Assembly: GCA_963793425.1 (NCBI GenBank) | Contig: CAWCAG010000008.1 | Coordinates: forward strand, 1 to 31,198 | Direction of reading: 5' to 3' | DNA: 31,198 bases | Source of the DNA: an uncultured cyanobacterium | Lineage (GTDB): Bacteria; Cyanobacteriota; Cyanobacteriia; Cyanobacteriales; CAWCAG01 | In this document: piece by piece, positions 19,778 through 28,546 of the stretch | Position numbering within the stretch: position 1 is the stretch's first letter | Layout: each line of letters begins with the position of its first letter | The notes under the pieces: generated by a model | The model's input: only the letters and a program-made list of their open reading frames with translations | Told to the model about the DNA's origin: nothing | Databases searched by the model: none | Made by a program: the position numbers and the translations under genes

Positions 19778-21201
19778 GTCGAACTCTCTTTTTGGGAGTT
19801 AAATGAATGGAAACCTTTGCCCAAAAACGAAGCCCAGATTCGCCCCTTGGTTTCGTCGAACTCTCTTTTTGGGAGTTAAATGAATGGAAACGCAACACTA
19901 TATAGGAATCTTATCACTGTCACGATAAGTCGAACTCTCTTTTTGGGAGTTAAATGAATGGAAACAACTTTTTCTCATAGTATTCCTGTAGCTCTACTAT
20001 GTCGAACTCTCTTTTTGGGAGTTAAATGAATGGAAACCAAAAGAAGACTTCGGTTCAGTACTAAATTAGGGTCGAACTCTCTTTTTGGGAGTTAAATGAA
20101 TGGAAACAAGAGAAGCTCCGACAATCTTAGCGGAAGTGAAATGTCGAACTCTCTTTTTGGGAGTTAAATGAATGGAAACTTTTGAGACTTTTAGAGACAT
20201 TCTCCAGGTCTTTTTGTCGAACTCTCTTTTTGGGAGTTAAATGAATGGAAACGAAAAATTACTATTGCTAATTTGCTGCTATTGCGTACCCTTGTCGAAC
20301 TCTCTTTTTGGGAGTTAAATGAATGGAAACTTCCTATCTCTGGTGGTAGTGCTGTTAGTTGGTTGTTGTCGAACTCTCTTTTTGGGAGTTAAATGAATGG
20401 AAACAATCTTTATGATGTTCCCTCTTCCCCAGTTGCTCAGTCGAACTCTCTTTTTGGGAGTTAAATGAATGGAAACACTACTCTGTTCTGTTTTGTCTAT
20501 TTCTAATCCCAAGGTCGAACTCTCTTTTTGGGAGTTAAATGAATGGAAACTTTTCAATAGTGCGCTTGACACCATAAACAGCCTTCGTCGAACTCTCTTT
20601 TTGGGAGTTAAATGAATGGAAACCTGCGCAGAATACAATCTTTGGTTTTCTTTGCCAGGTCGAACTCTCTTTTTGGGAGTTAAATGAATGGAAACGTAAT
20701 AAGGTTTAAACTGGGACTTAGTGAAATAGAGTCGAACTCTCTTTTTGGGAGTTAAATGAATGGAAACAACTTTGACTGGAACATCAAAGACGAGACTATC
20801 GAGTCGAACTCTCTTTTTGGGAGTTAAATGAATGGAAACACCTCACCATAAAACTTTTCTCCCGTGATTTGATCGTCGAACTCTCTTTTTGGGAGTTAAA
20901 TGAATGGAAACTTATTGAGTGCGATCGCCAGGAAATAAAGCTTAGAGGTCGAACTCTCTTTTTGGGAGTTAAATGAATGGAAACGGGTGGTAAAGACCTT
21001 TGTTAACAAGACTTTCAAGGTCGAACTCTCTTTTTGGGAGTTAAATGAATGGAAACATCAAAAACATCTTCAAGCGATCGCAAGCTGGGTCGAACTCTCT
21101 TTTTGGGAGTTAAATGAATGGAAATACTTTGCGATCGCATACTCATACGCCAGAAGTTGAGAAAGTCGAACTCTATTTTTTAGAGTTAAATTAATAGAAA
21201 A
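19778..21201 (+). CRISPR. CRISPR array 1: 20 repeats (37 nt GTCGAACTCTCTTTTTGGGAGTTAAATGAATGGAAAC), 19 spacers
   Basis: Repeats counted at 19778, 19855 ... 21089, plus a degenerate copy at 21165; spacers ~32-41 nt. Confidence 0.97.
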
Positions 21202-21489
21202 GTGCAGGAATGCGATCGCACAATACAAAAACTAACTAGTAAACTATAGTTGTTCAACTCTGTTTCTAGGAATCAAAAAAAATAAACTTGAAGTCGAAAT
21301 TTCCTATAAATTTGTCTGATTTTAGATAGTAAAAGCTGCAACCCTTACTGACAAAGAGATTCAAGGTTTTTACTTGATTTTCATATCTGCTTTTTGGCTA
21401 AAGTAAGCCTTAATCAAGAAAATTTAGCCTTGAGGATTTATTGTCAAATATAATCCTTGCTCTTATTCTGTTTTACTCTGTTTAAATCT

Positions 21490-21684
21490 CTCTTTCGTGG
21501 GAAGTTGTAAATCGCTGAAACCCGCATTATTTCGTGCTATCCCGCGAATGGCTCTCTCTGTCTAGGTTTAAGGTAGGTTAAGTCTCTAGTTATTGAGAAT
21601 CTATGTCAACTATTTGCCCCTTATTTGCTATCCCACGAAAATCTGCTGTAGAATGTAGTCACAGCAAGCCTTCTAGAAGGCAGC
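21490..21684 (+). promoter_or_regulatory. Leader of CRISPR array 2
   Basis: Homologous to the reverse complement of 27067-27261. Confidence 0.8.
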
Positions 21685-22001
21685 CTTTTTCCTTTGGGAA
21701 AAATGAACTGAATGGAAACAACTTAGTATCTCCCATTTCTTGTCGCATTTTCTCTACTTTTTCCTTTGGGAAAAATGAACTGAATGGAAACGCTCGTCGT
21801 TACTTTTTAAACTCATATCAACTCCAAACTTTTTCCTTTGGGAAAAATGAACTGAATGGAAACTTCTTCCCCTTGTTTGAGTCGGGTTTCCCCGACTTCT
21901 TTTTCCTTCGGGAAAAATGAACTGAATGGAAACGTTTTTGCAGTTCCATCTGGATACAGATAAATACTTTTTCCTTCGGGAAAAATGAACTGAATGGAAA
22001 C
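21685..22001 (+). CRISPR. CRISPR array 2: 5 repeats (35 nt CTTTTTCCTT(T/C)GGGAAAAATGAACTGAATGGAAAC), 4 spacers
   Basis: Repeats at 21685, 21757, 21829, 21899 and 21967. Confidence 0.96.
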
Positions 22002-22026
22002 CCTCTTTAGTGTTAGAGGGTTTTTT
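21998..22026 (+). terminator. Rho-independent terminator after array 2
   Basis: AAACCCTCT-loop-AGAGGGTTT followed by a T run. Confidence 0.7.
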
Positions 22027-22045
22027 CATAACCAAATAATCAAAT

Positions 22046-22057
22046 TCGTCATTCGCA
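22046..22057 (+). promoter_or_regulatory. Conserved 12-bp box TCGTCATTCGCA, copy 2 (upstream of CARF-HEPN gene)
   Basis: Exact repeat of the box; ends 75 nt before ATG 22132. Confidence 0.65.
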
Positions 22058-22131
22058 ACAAAATAATTGCCATCAAACTACATCTGTTGCACCATAAAAC
22101 AAATAGCTCACAATCTTGACTCACCATAAAC

Positions 22132-23863
22132 ATGGCAATTCTCATCGCGAATATTGGCACTTCTGACCTAGCAATTAAAATTAATAATTACTACATTCCT
22201 GTTGGCTTTGATCGCAGTGAGCCTAACTTAGATAAATCAGGTTTAACTCCGGAAGAAAACCAAACTTGGCGAGATAAAGATAAGCTAGTTGCTGAAACAC
22301 TAAAAGAAGAAATAGGACTTGAGTATAAAGTTGAAGAGAATAGAAAAAAAATACAGTATAAATATTCTTTCCGGGAATTAACAGAAAAACTTTGGCAAGT
22401 ATATCAAGACCAGCCATCTTTGTGGGAACCACGTATTCGCCCTGGTCGTATTTGGGGTGTAATTCAAACTGCACAACTTCAATTTTCTGTTGAAGAAGTT
22501 TATCTATTTGTCACCAATCAAGTAACAGATAAAAACACTCAAGGACACTTTGCTGACTCTTACTATCTTTTTCGTATCTTACAACTTTGGTTTAAAAAAC
22601 AATTACCAAAATTAACTCTCAAAGCAATTACTTTACCTGCTGAAGTACCTGCTAATAACCAAGATGCTCTACTTGACTATTATCATCAATTTTTTAACCA
22701 AAACATAACTAGTTCAGATACACTCCTTCTAAGTACAAAAGGGGGAACTCCTCAAATGCAAACTGCTTTGCAAATTCAATCTCTTTCTTCTACCGCAGAG
22801 AAACAGCTTTTTTTATCGCCGCAGTTAGCAATTAAACGTATTTTAGCTGGTGAATATTCCCAATGCTACTTTCACTTCTTACTGGCGTTATCTTCGTAGG
22901 CAAAAGTATCAAACAGTAAACCAAATTTTGCAACGTTGGGATTTTGAAGGCTCTAGAGAGGTTTTACTTGATTGGCAAAATACTTTAGACTTTTTAAGTG
23001 ACAATATTACCGACGATAGTACTCTTCCCAAGAATAGTAGATTAATTGCTAGTGTTAATCAGAGTTTAGAGTTTGCTTTACGCTACTTTAATTTAGATAT
23101 TAAAGGGGTAGAAAATTTACCCTTAACTGAAGATTTAAAATGGATAAAAGATATTAAAAGTAACTACGACCCTCTACTCAATTTATATACTCAGTGTTGT
23201 ATTTTCTGGAATCTTAACCAAATGGCTAACTTTCTTTCTCGTTTAGGTTCCTTTTGTGAAGAAATCCTTCACGAGTTAATTCGTCAGTTAGGAGGAGAGA
23301 AATATTTTGATAAGCAGTCTGCCCCCCATGATTGGCATTTATGTAAACAAAGAGTAGAAGAAAAGCTTTGGCAGGAGTTTGCTTTGCTAGAACGTAGTAC
23401 TAATTATAGTTTTGCTAGGTGGGACTTTCAAAAGAAACCTCGGTATCGCCTACCAGGACGATTTAGCAAGCGCAATTTTGTTGAAGCACTCGTAAAATAC
23501 CAAGGTAGAGACAATGCAGCTTGGCAAGATATTATTAAATACTTAACCCAGTTAGATTATTGGTTAGAAAAGCGTAATCAATTAATCCACAGTGCTGAAG
23601 GTATCTCAAAAGAAAGAATGAAGAAAATCTTAGCAGAAGATAGAACAAACAATAACAAAAAACCAGACAAATTTAGCCCTAATCCTCACCAAGCCTGTGG
23701 ACGAGATGAAATCTTAACTGTTATGACTATCTTGTTGCAAACCACCTACAAGCTTTTATCTCAGCCCTCTCCTCACCATCTTAACCCCGATGCTCCCTAC
23801 TACATTTATTCCCAAATAGCTAATTGGATACAGCAAAAATTAAAACCAGAAAAACTGGCCTAG
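22132..23863 (+). pseudogene. CARF-HEPN (Csx1/Csm6-like) effector split by a 1-nt frameshift
   Basis: ORF1 has CARF-like IANIGTSD and TKGGTPQM; ORF2 has a HEPN RxxxxH (RNQLIH). Removing one base near TTT 22870-22872 joins them into a 576-aa frame. Confidence 0.75.
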
Positions 23864-23873
23864 AAGCCAGTTT
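23852..23873. terminator. Stem-loop between convergent genes
   Basis: AAACTGGC / GCCAGTTT inverted repeat. Confidence 0.55.
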
Positions 23874-23880
23874 CTAGCTG

Positions 23881-24108
23881 TTAACTCTCCTCCTGCCTTG
23901 CTGCTACAATTTCAATGGCTATTGAAACCATAGCCGGAACAATCTCCGCTAGGAAAGGGCCTTCATTGCAAGCAGCTATACCGCCACAAAGTGCGATCGC
24001 TACTACTTTTACTGTTAGGAGGTTGTTGAGTTTTTTGAGGTTGTGCAGTTTGGCTAAGGGTTTGCGGTTTGTAGCGGTCTGTTGTTGGAAAGGTTTGCCT
24101 TGCTGCAT
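23881..24108 (-). CDS. Small protein with hydrophobic C-terminal half (75 aa)
   Basis: ATG with GAGG upstream; preceded by the 12-bp box at the same 75-nt offset as the CARF gene. Confidence 0.55.
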   Translation of the reverse strand: MQQGKPFQQQTATNRKPLAKLHNLKKLNNLLTVKVVAIALCGGIAACNEGPFLAEIVPAMVSIAIEIVAARQEES

Positions 24109-24182
24109 TTGCTCGTTGCCTCTTGGGTTTTCCTTACATTCACTAAGTTACAGGAGGTTTCTGTTAGAATCTACATTAGAAA

Positions 24183-24194
24183 TGCGAATGACGA
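24183..24194 (-). promoter_or_regulatory. Conserved 12-bp box TCGTCATTCGCA, copy 3 (between divergent small ORF and WYL gene)
   Basis: Reads TGCGAATGACGA on the + strand. Confidence 0.65.
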
Positions 24195-24224
24195 TTTTTC
24201 TTTTGAAGCTATTCTCTCTCAACT

Positions 24225-26231
24225 ATGGTCACAAGTCATTTCTTAATTGGTGTACCTGGTAGTGGTAAATCGACTTTTGCCCAAACCCTAGCCCAAGCAA
24301 TACCTGATGCTGTCATCATCTCCACTGATGCTATTCGTAGTAAATTGTTTGGTCAGGAGGATATTTTAGACCAATGGCCAGAAGTGGAAGCAGAACTGAT
24401 TAAGCAAATGGAAGAGGCTGTAGCTACCCAAAAAACGATTATTTATGATGCTACTAACTTTAAGCGATCGCTACGTTTGGAATTACTGCAAAAGTTAGGT
24501 CGTTTGCAATTGCAGTGGATAGCCTGGTATCTCAAAACTCCCTTAGAAGTTTGTTATCGCCAGAATCAAAAACGCAACCGTCGAGTACCGGAGGAAGTTA
24601 TTGACCAAATGAATAGGTATTTGCGTTCCTTTCCTCCCCACGTAGCAGAAGGTTTTGTCACGGTGAAAGTTATTAAACCTCACCAGGAGAAGTTTGCCCC
24701 TAATGCTATTACTAAGGTGATGGAAAAACTGCCCTTAACTATAGCTACTCGCTCTAGTCGCACTACCCTAAATTCTCATCTCCAACTCCACCAATATTCT
24801 CTTTTAGTAGATTTTGAAAGGTTAATTTACTTAATTTCCTTTCTCATTAACTTTAGCTCCTCTCACCCTCCTCTTTCTGTAGTGGAAATTACTGCCGAGA
24901 TAGGGCAAGAATACGGCCAAGTCTATGCTGATGAAAATGCGATCGCCACTGACTTAGCTTGGTTGGAAAAAAATGGTTTTTGTAACAGCTTAGGAAAAGG
25001 AGAAGCTACTACCCAAGAAATTACCTTAATGCCCCTTGGGGAGCAAGAAATTATTACCCATCAATACTCAGATAGAGAACCCTTCTTACGGCTTCTTGGT
25101 ACTATTCGTTTCCTCATTCATCACCCCTTCACCTACAACTCTGATGCTGGTGGTAGTCTCAACAGTTTGATTGCAGCCCTTAGAGAGGAAGGAATCATTA
25201 CCTACAACTACGCTGATAGAGTTCGTAAAGATATCGAAAAAGTACTCAAGCCCTACGGTATTATGCCCAATCATCCCCAAAAGAAAGGTTACTACGCTGG
25301 AACAGCTATCTTAAGTGAAACGGAATTAAAGCAGGTTTTTTCTGTCCTCCAGTCCCAAGCTGCCAGCTTAAATGACCCTGTGGCAGTAGCAGCCTATCAA
25401 AAACTAGGTGAACGTTTAGGGCTGAGTAAAATCGACCAAGAAAAAGTCTACCCCATTCGTGCCATTGGTACTAGTTCGATTATTGACACTAACCGTTTAG
25501 CAGGTAGCGCCTTACTCAATAAATTAGAAGTGGTGGAAAAGGCTATTTATGCAGGAGAATTATTGGAATTAAAGCCCCTGGCTGGTGGTGGTAGGTTTGC
25601 TAGTGATGAGGAAGAATATTTCCGTGCTTTTCCTTTGCAAATTGTCTTCCATAATTTAGCTTGGTATCTCGGCTATGAAAAACAGCTTGCCAATAAAGAA
25701 ACCCTTTTTAAGTTTCAACGTCTTGACCGTCTTTTTTTGGCTAGGAAGTTAGGTAAAGCTAGGGGGAGAAACAGCACTGAAAAATCCCTTACCAAGTTGC
25801 AAAGACTCTACGAAGCTAGTGCAGGTATTTATTTAGGAGCAACCCCTCAACAGCAACAAGCCTATCTCAGTAGGGATAAAAAGCGCCGTTCCACAACAGA
25901 AACAGTGGTGGAGTTGTGGTGCAATGACTACAGTTTTCAGTTTATCAGCGAAGGAACAAAGCGTTTCCGACCCCAACAGTTAGCTATGTCCCCTGCCCCT
26001 GGTAAGTCATCTTCCCGTATGTTTACCCTCAAGCCTACAGGGGATAAAAAGTTTCCTTATCGTTTTCAGGTTACTTTACCCTCTTGGTCTTTGGATGATG
26101 TTGATTTACTTACCTGGGTAGTTGCTTGGGGAGAAAAAATTAAGGTTATTCGTCCTCAGAAACTGGTTGATTATGTTACTGATTTTGCTATTAATCTTTC
26201 TCAACTTTACGAAGTAGGAAAACAGGATTAA
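24225..26231 (+). CDS. P-loop kinase (AAA_33/PNK-like) - HTH - WYL domain regulator
   Basis: GVPGSGKST, IYDATN and RNRRVPEEVI (kinase); FHNLAWYLGYE...FQRLDRL (WYL); WGEKIKVIRPQKL (WCX). Confidence 0.9.
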   Translation: MVTSHFLIGVPGSGKSTFAQTLAQAIPDAVIISTDAIRSKLFGQEDILDQWPEVEAELIKQMEEAVATQKTIIYDATNFKRSLRLELLQKLGRLQLQWIAWYLKTPLEVCYRQNQKRNRRVPEEVIDQMNRYLRSFPPHVAEGFVTVKVIKPHQEKFAPNAITKVMEKLPLTIATRSSRTTLNSHLQLHQYSLLVDFERLIYLISFLINFSSSHPPLSVVEITAEIGQEYGQVYADENAIATDLAWLEKNGFCNSLGKGEATTQEITLMPLGEQEIITHQYSDREPFLRLLGTIRFLIHHPFTYNSDAGGSLNSLIAALREEGIITYNYADRVRKDIEKVLKPYGIMPNHPQKKGYYAGTAILSETELKQVFSVLQSQAASLNDPVAVAAYQKLGERLGLSKIDQEKVYPIRAIGTSSIIDTNRLAGSALLNKLEVVEKAIYAGELLELKPLAGGGRFASDEEEYFRAFPLQIVFHNLAWYLGYEKQLANKETLFKFQRLDRLFLARKLGKARGRNSTEKSLTKLQRLYEASAGIYLGATPQQQQAYLSRDKKRRSTTETVVELWCNDYSFQFISEGTKRFRPQQLAMSPAPGKSSSRMFTLKPTGDKKFPYRFQVTLPSWSLDDVDLLTWVVAWGEKIKVIRPQKLVDYVTDFAINLSQLYEVGKQD

Positions 26232-26291
26232 GTCTTGCTTTATATTTATAGGTAGGTATTGAAGAGTTTATAAAAAGCTAGAAGTTATTTT

Positions 26292-26411
26292 ATGATTAAG
26301 TTGTTAGAAAAAGCTATTAATCAAATTAAACTGCTACCTGAAAAAGAGCAAAGAAGTTTGAGCGTCTTTGGCGATGGCTTAAAGAAGTCGAAATTTCTGA
26401 TATTTGCTTAA
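26292..26411 (+). pseudogene. Remnant of a small antitoxin-like gene
   Basis: MIKLLEKAINQIKLLPEKEQ resembles N-termini of small cyanobacterial antitoxin-like proteins, then degenerates. Confidence 0.35.
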
Positions 26412-26480
26412 ACAGTGTGAGCGGAAGCTGGCTGTAGGTATCGTAAACAAATAAAAAATAGTACTCGATTTTCAACTAAA

Positions 26481-26519
26481 AAGGAGTATATCAATCAGTT
26501 TGGATTGCATATACTCCTT
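26481..26519 (-). terminator. Terminator hairpin at distal end of array 3
   Basis: AAGGAGTATAT...ATATACTCCTT inverted repeat, followed by a U run on the minus strand. Confidence 0.7.
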
Positions 26520-27066
26520 GTTTTTATTCTGTTAGTTTTTCCGTTATGGAAAAGAGTTAAAAAAGAGCAAGTTGACTCTAGTCAGGCAAGTTTCCATTCT
26601 GTTAGTTTTTCCGTTATGGAAAAGACGGAAAATCGAAGTTGAGTTACTGAACAAAATAAAGTTTCCATTCTGTTAGTTTTTCCGTTATGGAAAAGAAGCC
26701 ATGGATTGTACTCCTTGCCGGACGGTAAGTTTCCATTCTGTTAGTTTTTCCGATATGGAAAAGAGTTGCGAAATCTGCGGGCAAAGCGAAGGCTTCCAAT
26801 GGTTTCCATTCTGTTAGTTTTTCCGTTATGGAAAAGGAGCATAGTATTCATTGCGTATAGCAGAGCTGTACTGTTTCCATTCTGTTAGTTTTTCCCATAG
26901 GGAAAAGGTAATCCGTGCTGAGGTCAGTATTGTTTCCGACACGGAGGAGGTGTTTCCATTCTGTTAGTTTTTCCGATAGGGAAAAGCTTTTGAACAAATT
27001 GCAGATATCAAGGTTCAGTTAATCTTTAAAGTTTCCATTCTGTTAGTTTTTCCGTATATGGAAAAG
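26520..27066 (-). CRISPR. CRISPR array 3: 8 repeats (consensus CTTTTCCATAACGGAAAAACTAACAGAATGGAAAC), 7 spacers
   Basis: Repeats begin (+ coordinates) at 26520 (degenerate), 26590, 26661, 26729, 26802, 26873, 26952 and 27031; leader on the right. Confidence 0.96.
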
Positions 27067-27261
27067 GCTGCCCTCTGAAACCCTTACCCTGACTGCGCTC
27101 CTCAGCGAATTTTCGTGGGATAGCTTTTTAGGGTCAAATAGTTGACACAGATTCTCAATAACGAGAAACTTCACCCACCTCAACCCCTTACTGGGAGAGT
27201 CATTCGCGGGATAGCACGAAATAATGCGGGTTTCAGCGTTTTACAACTTCCCACGAAAGAG
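27067..27261 (-). promoter_or_regulatory. Leader of CRISPR array 3
   Basis: Homologous to the leader of array 2. Confidence 0.8.
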
Positions 27262-27445
27262 GAAGTTATAACGAGCTTTGACTATTATAACTCAATTCAT
27301 AAACTTCAAGCAACCTCTCATCAGCAAAACTGCTTAATTAAGAGCAAATTTAAGCAAAATTTATAAACAATACAAACCAAAATTACTTTAATTCCTTGCC
27401 AGATAAGCGCTACAGCCATTACTCAACCAAATTGACCCCATCATC

Positions 27446-27567
27446 AAGAAAGTTCTCTCCCTAACCTGAAGCTAAGGAAAGAACTTTCCCAGAGTCACAT
27501 CGTTACTTAGAGTAACTTTGTTTTCTTGTATGTTTCCATTCTGTTAGGTTTCCTAGTAATAGGAAAC
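27446..27567 (-). ncRNA. Solitary CRISPR repeat variant + 41-nt segment + long hairpin (candidate crRNA-like RNA)
   Basis: 27532-27567 reads GTTTCCTATTACTAGGAAACCTAACAGAATGGAAAC on the minus strand; hairpin at 27446-27490. Confidence 0.55.
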
Positions 27568-27639
27568 ATTTATAGAATAATGAAAAGAAAAAAGGAAAGA
27601 AATATCATCTTGCTATTGATATTTCCAGCAAACCATGTA

Positions 27640-27954
27640 TCACTCCTTGGGCTTTTTATCTTTACAAAGTTGTCCCCACAAATCTTCAGGAATCTCTTCA
27701 AAATGCTCTAATAAAAAATTCATTACAGCTAAATGACGTAAATCATTGGCAGTAGGGCGACGATAATAACGTCCCTGGCGAAACCAACCTTGCACAGTAG
27801 AACGAGAGCGGTTACAGATTTCAGCCATTTGTTCGTACTTAACACCCCACTTAAAGTAAAACTTTTGAGGAGTCATGCCCAACTCACAGTAACTATAGAG
27901 ACTGATTAGCTCCAACTCTCTGTCGCCAATCCTACGACTCTCACTCATCTTCAA
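27640..27954 (-). CDS. Helix-turn-helix domain protein
   Basis: VKYEQMAEICNRSRSTVQGWF is an XRE-like HTH pattern; overlaps the upstream gene's stop. Confidence 0.8.
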   Translation of the reverse strand: MKMSESRRIGDRELELISLYSYCELGMTPQKFYFKWGVKYEQMAEICNRSRSTVQGWFRQGRYYRRPTANDLRHLAVMNFLLEHFEEIPEDLWGQLCKDKKPKE

Positions 27955-28477
27955 ACCTCTCTAAATCGTACTCCCAAGCCGTATCTACTAAACACCAACG
28001 GGAAGAAAGGGAGTCAGGGTCTAGGAGGATTAGATAGCACCACATCCACCTTCCCGACTCCGGGGCATAGCCATAGAAGCGCCCAATAACCATGCCCCAA
28101 TCTGTTAACTCTGGTTCTTCCAAAGGAGTCCAACGAACAATGGAACCGAAAGGAAACTGAGGAGGAGTAGCATCAAGGAAAAAAGCTGGTGCATCAGAGG
28201 GAAGAGGTAACTGTTGGGCGTGTTGTAGAAACTGGGAAACCACTTCTCCTTGCCCATCGCGAATACTATGGCCATAAACTCGGAAACATTCAGGATGGAC
28301 GGAAACGGTAAGATGCTTAATCAACAAAGTAGCTAAAGTTTCTAAATCTTTAACATCAGATGGATGAGAGTTAATCGTTGCTAGTTTTTGCAATAACTCA
28401 ATGATGCCAAAATCATTCAAGGCTTTGTAGTAGCCCGGAGGTTGTTGAGTTAGATATTTGTGTTGATAGTTGAACAT
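27941..28477 (-). CDS. Hypothetical protein with SH3/KOW-like C-terminal region
   Basis: PQFPFGSIVRW...WGMVIGR...WCYLILLD pattern; overlaps the HTH gene start. Confidence 0.7.
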   Translation of the reverse strand: MFNYQHKYLTQQPPGYYKALNDFGIIELLQKLATINSHPSDVKDLETLATLLIKHLTVSVHPECFRVYGHSIRDGQGEVVSQFLQHAQQLPLPSDAPAFFLDATPPQFPFGSIVRWTPLEEPELTDWGMVIGRFYGYAPESGRWMWCYLILLDPDSLSSRWCLVDTAWEYDLERFEDE

Positions 28478-28546
28478 AGTTTTTCTGTGTAAGGATTGGC
28501 TTCGGTAGGTTGGGTTGAGGTAACGAAACCCAACACCTTAATTGGC

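Noticed and set aside
21251..21287. Possible 21st, highly degenerate repeat of array 1 (GTTCAACTCTGTTTCTAGGAATC...)
   Set aside because: Too diverged and too widely spaced to count confidently.
20315..22035. ORFs 20315-20638, 21603-21920 and 21754-22035
   Set aside because: Translations of CRISPR repeats and spacers.
23881..24262. Calling the small ORF csx18, or accepting the overlapping 115-aa plus-strand ORF
   Set aside because: The sequence does not resemble Csx18 as I know it. The plus ORF overlaps the regulatory box and the WYL start and looks non-coding.
19778..27066. Spacers targeting sequence inside this window
   Set aside because: No match found by eye; a proper alignment is needed to exclude partial matches.
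27142..27711. Plus-strand ORFs 27142-27366 and 27526-27711
   Set aside because: They lie over the array 3 leader and the solitary repeat; no protein features.
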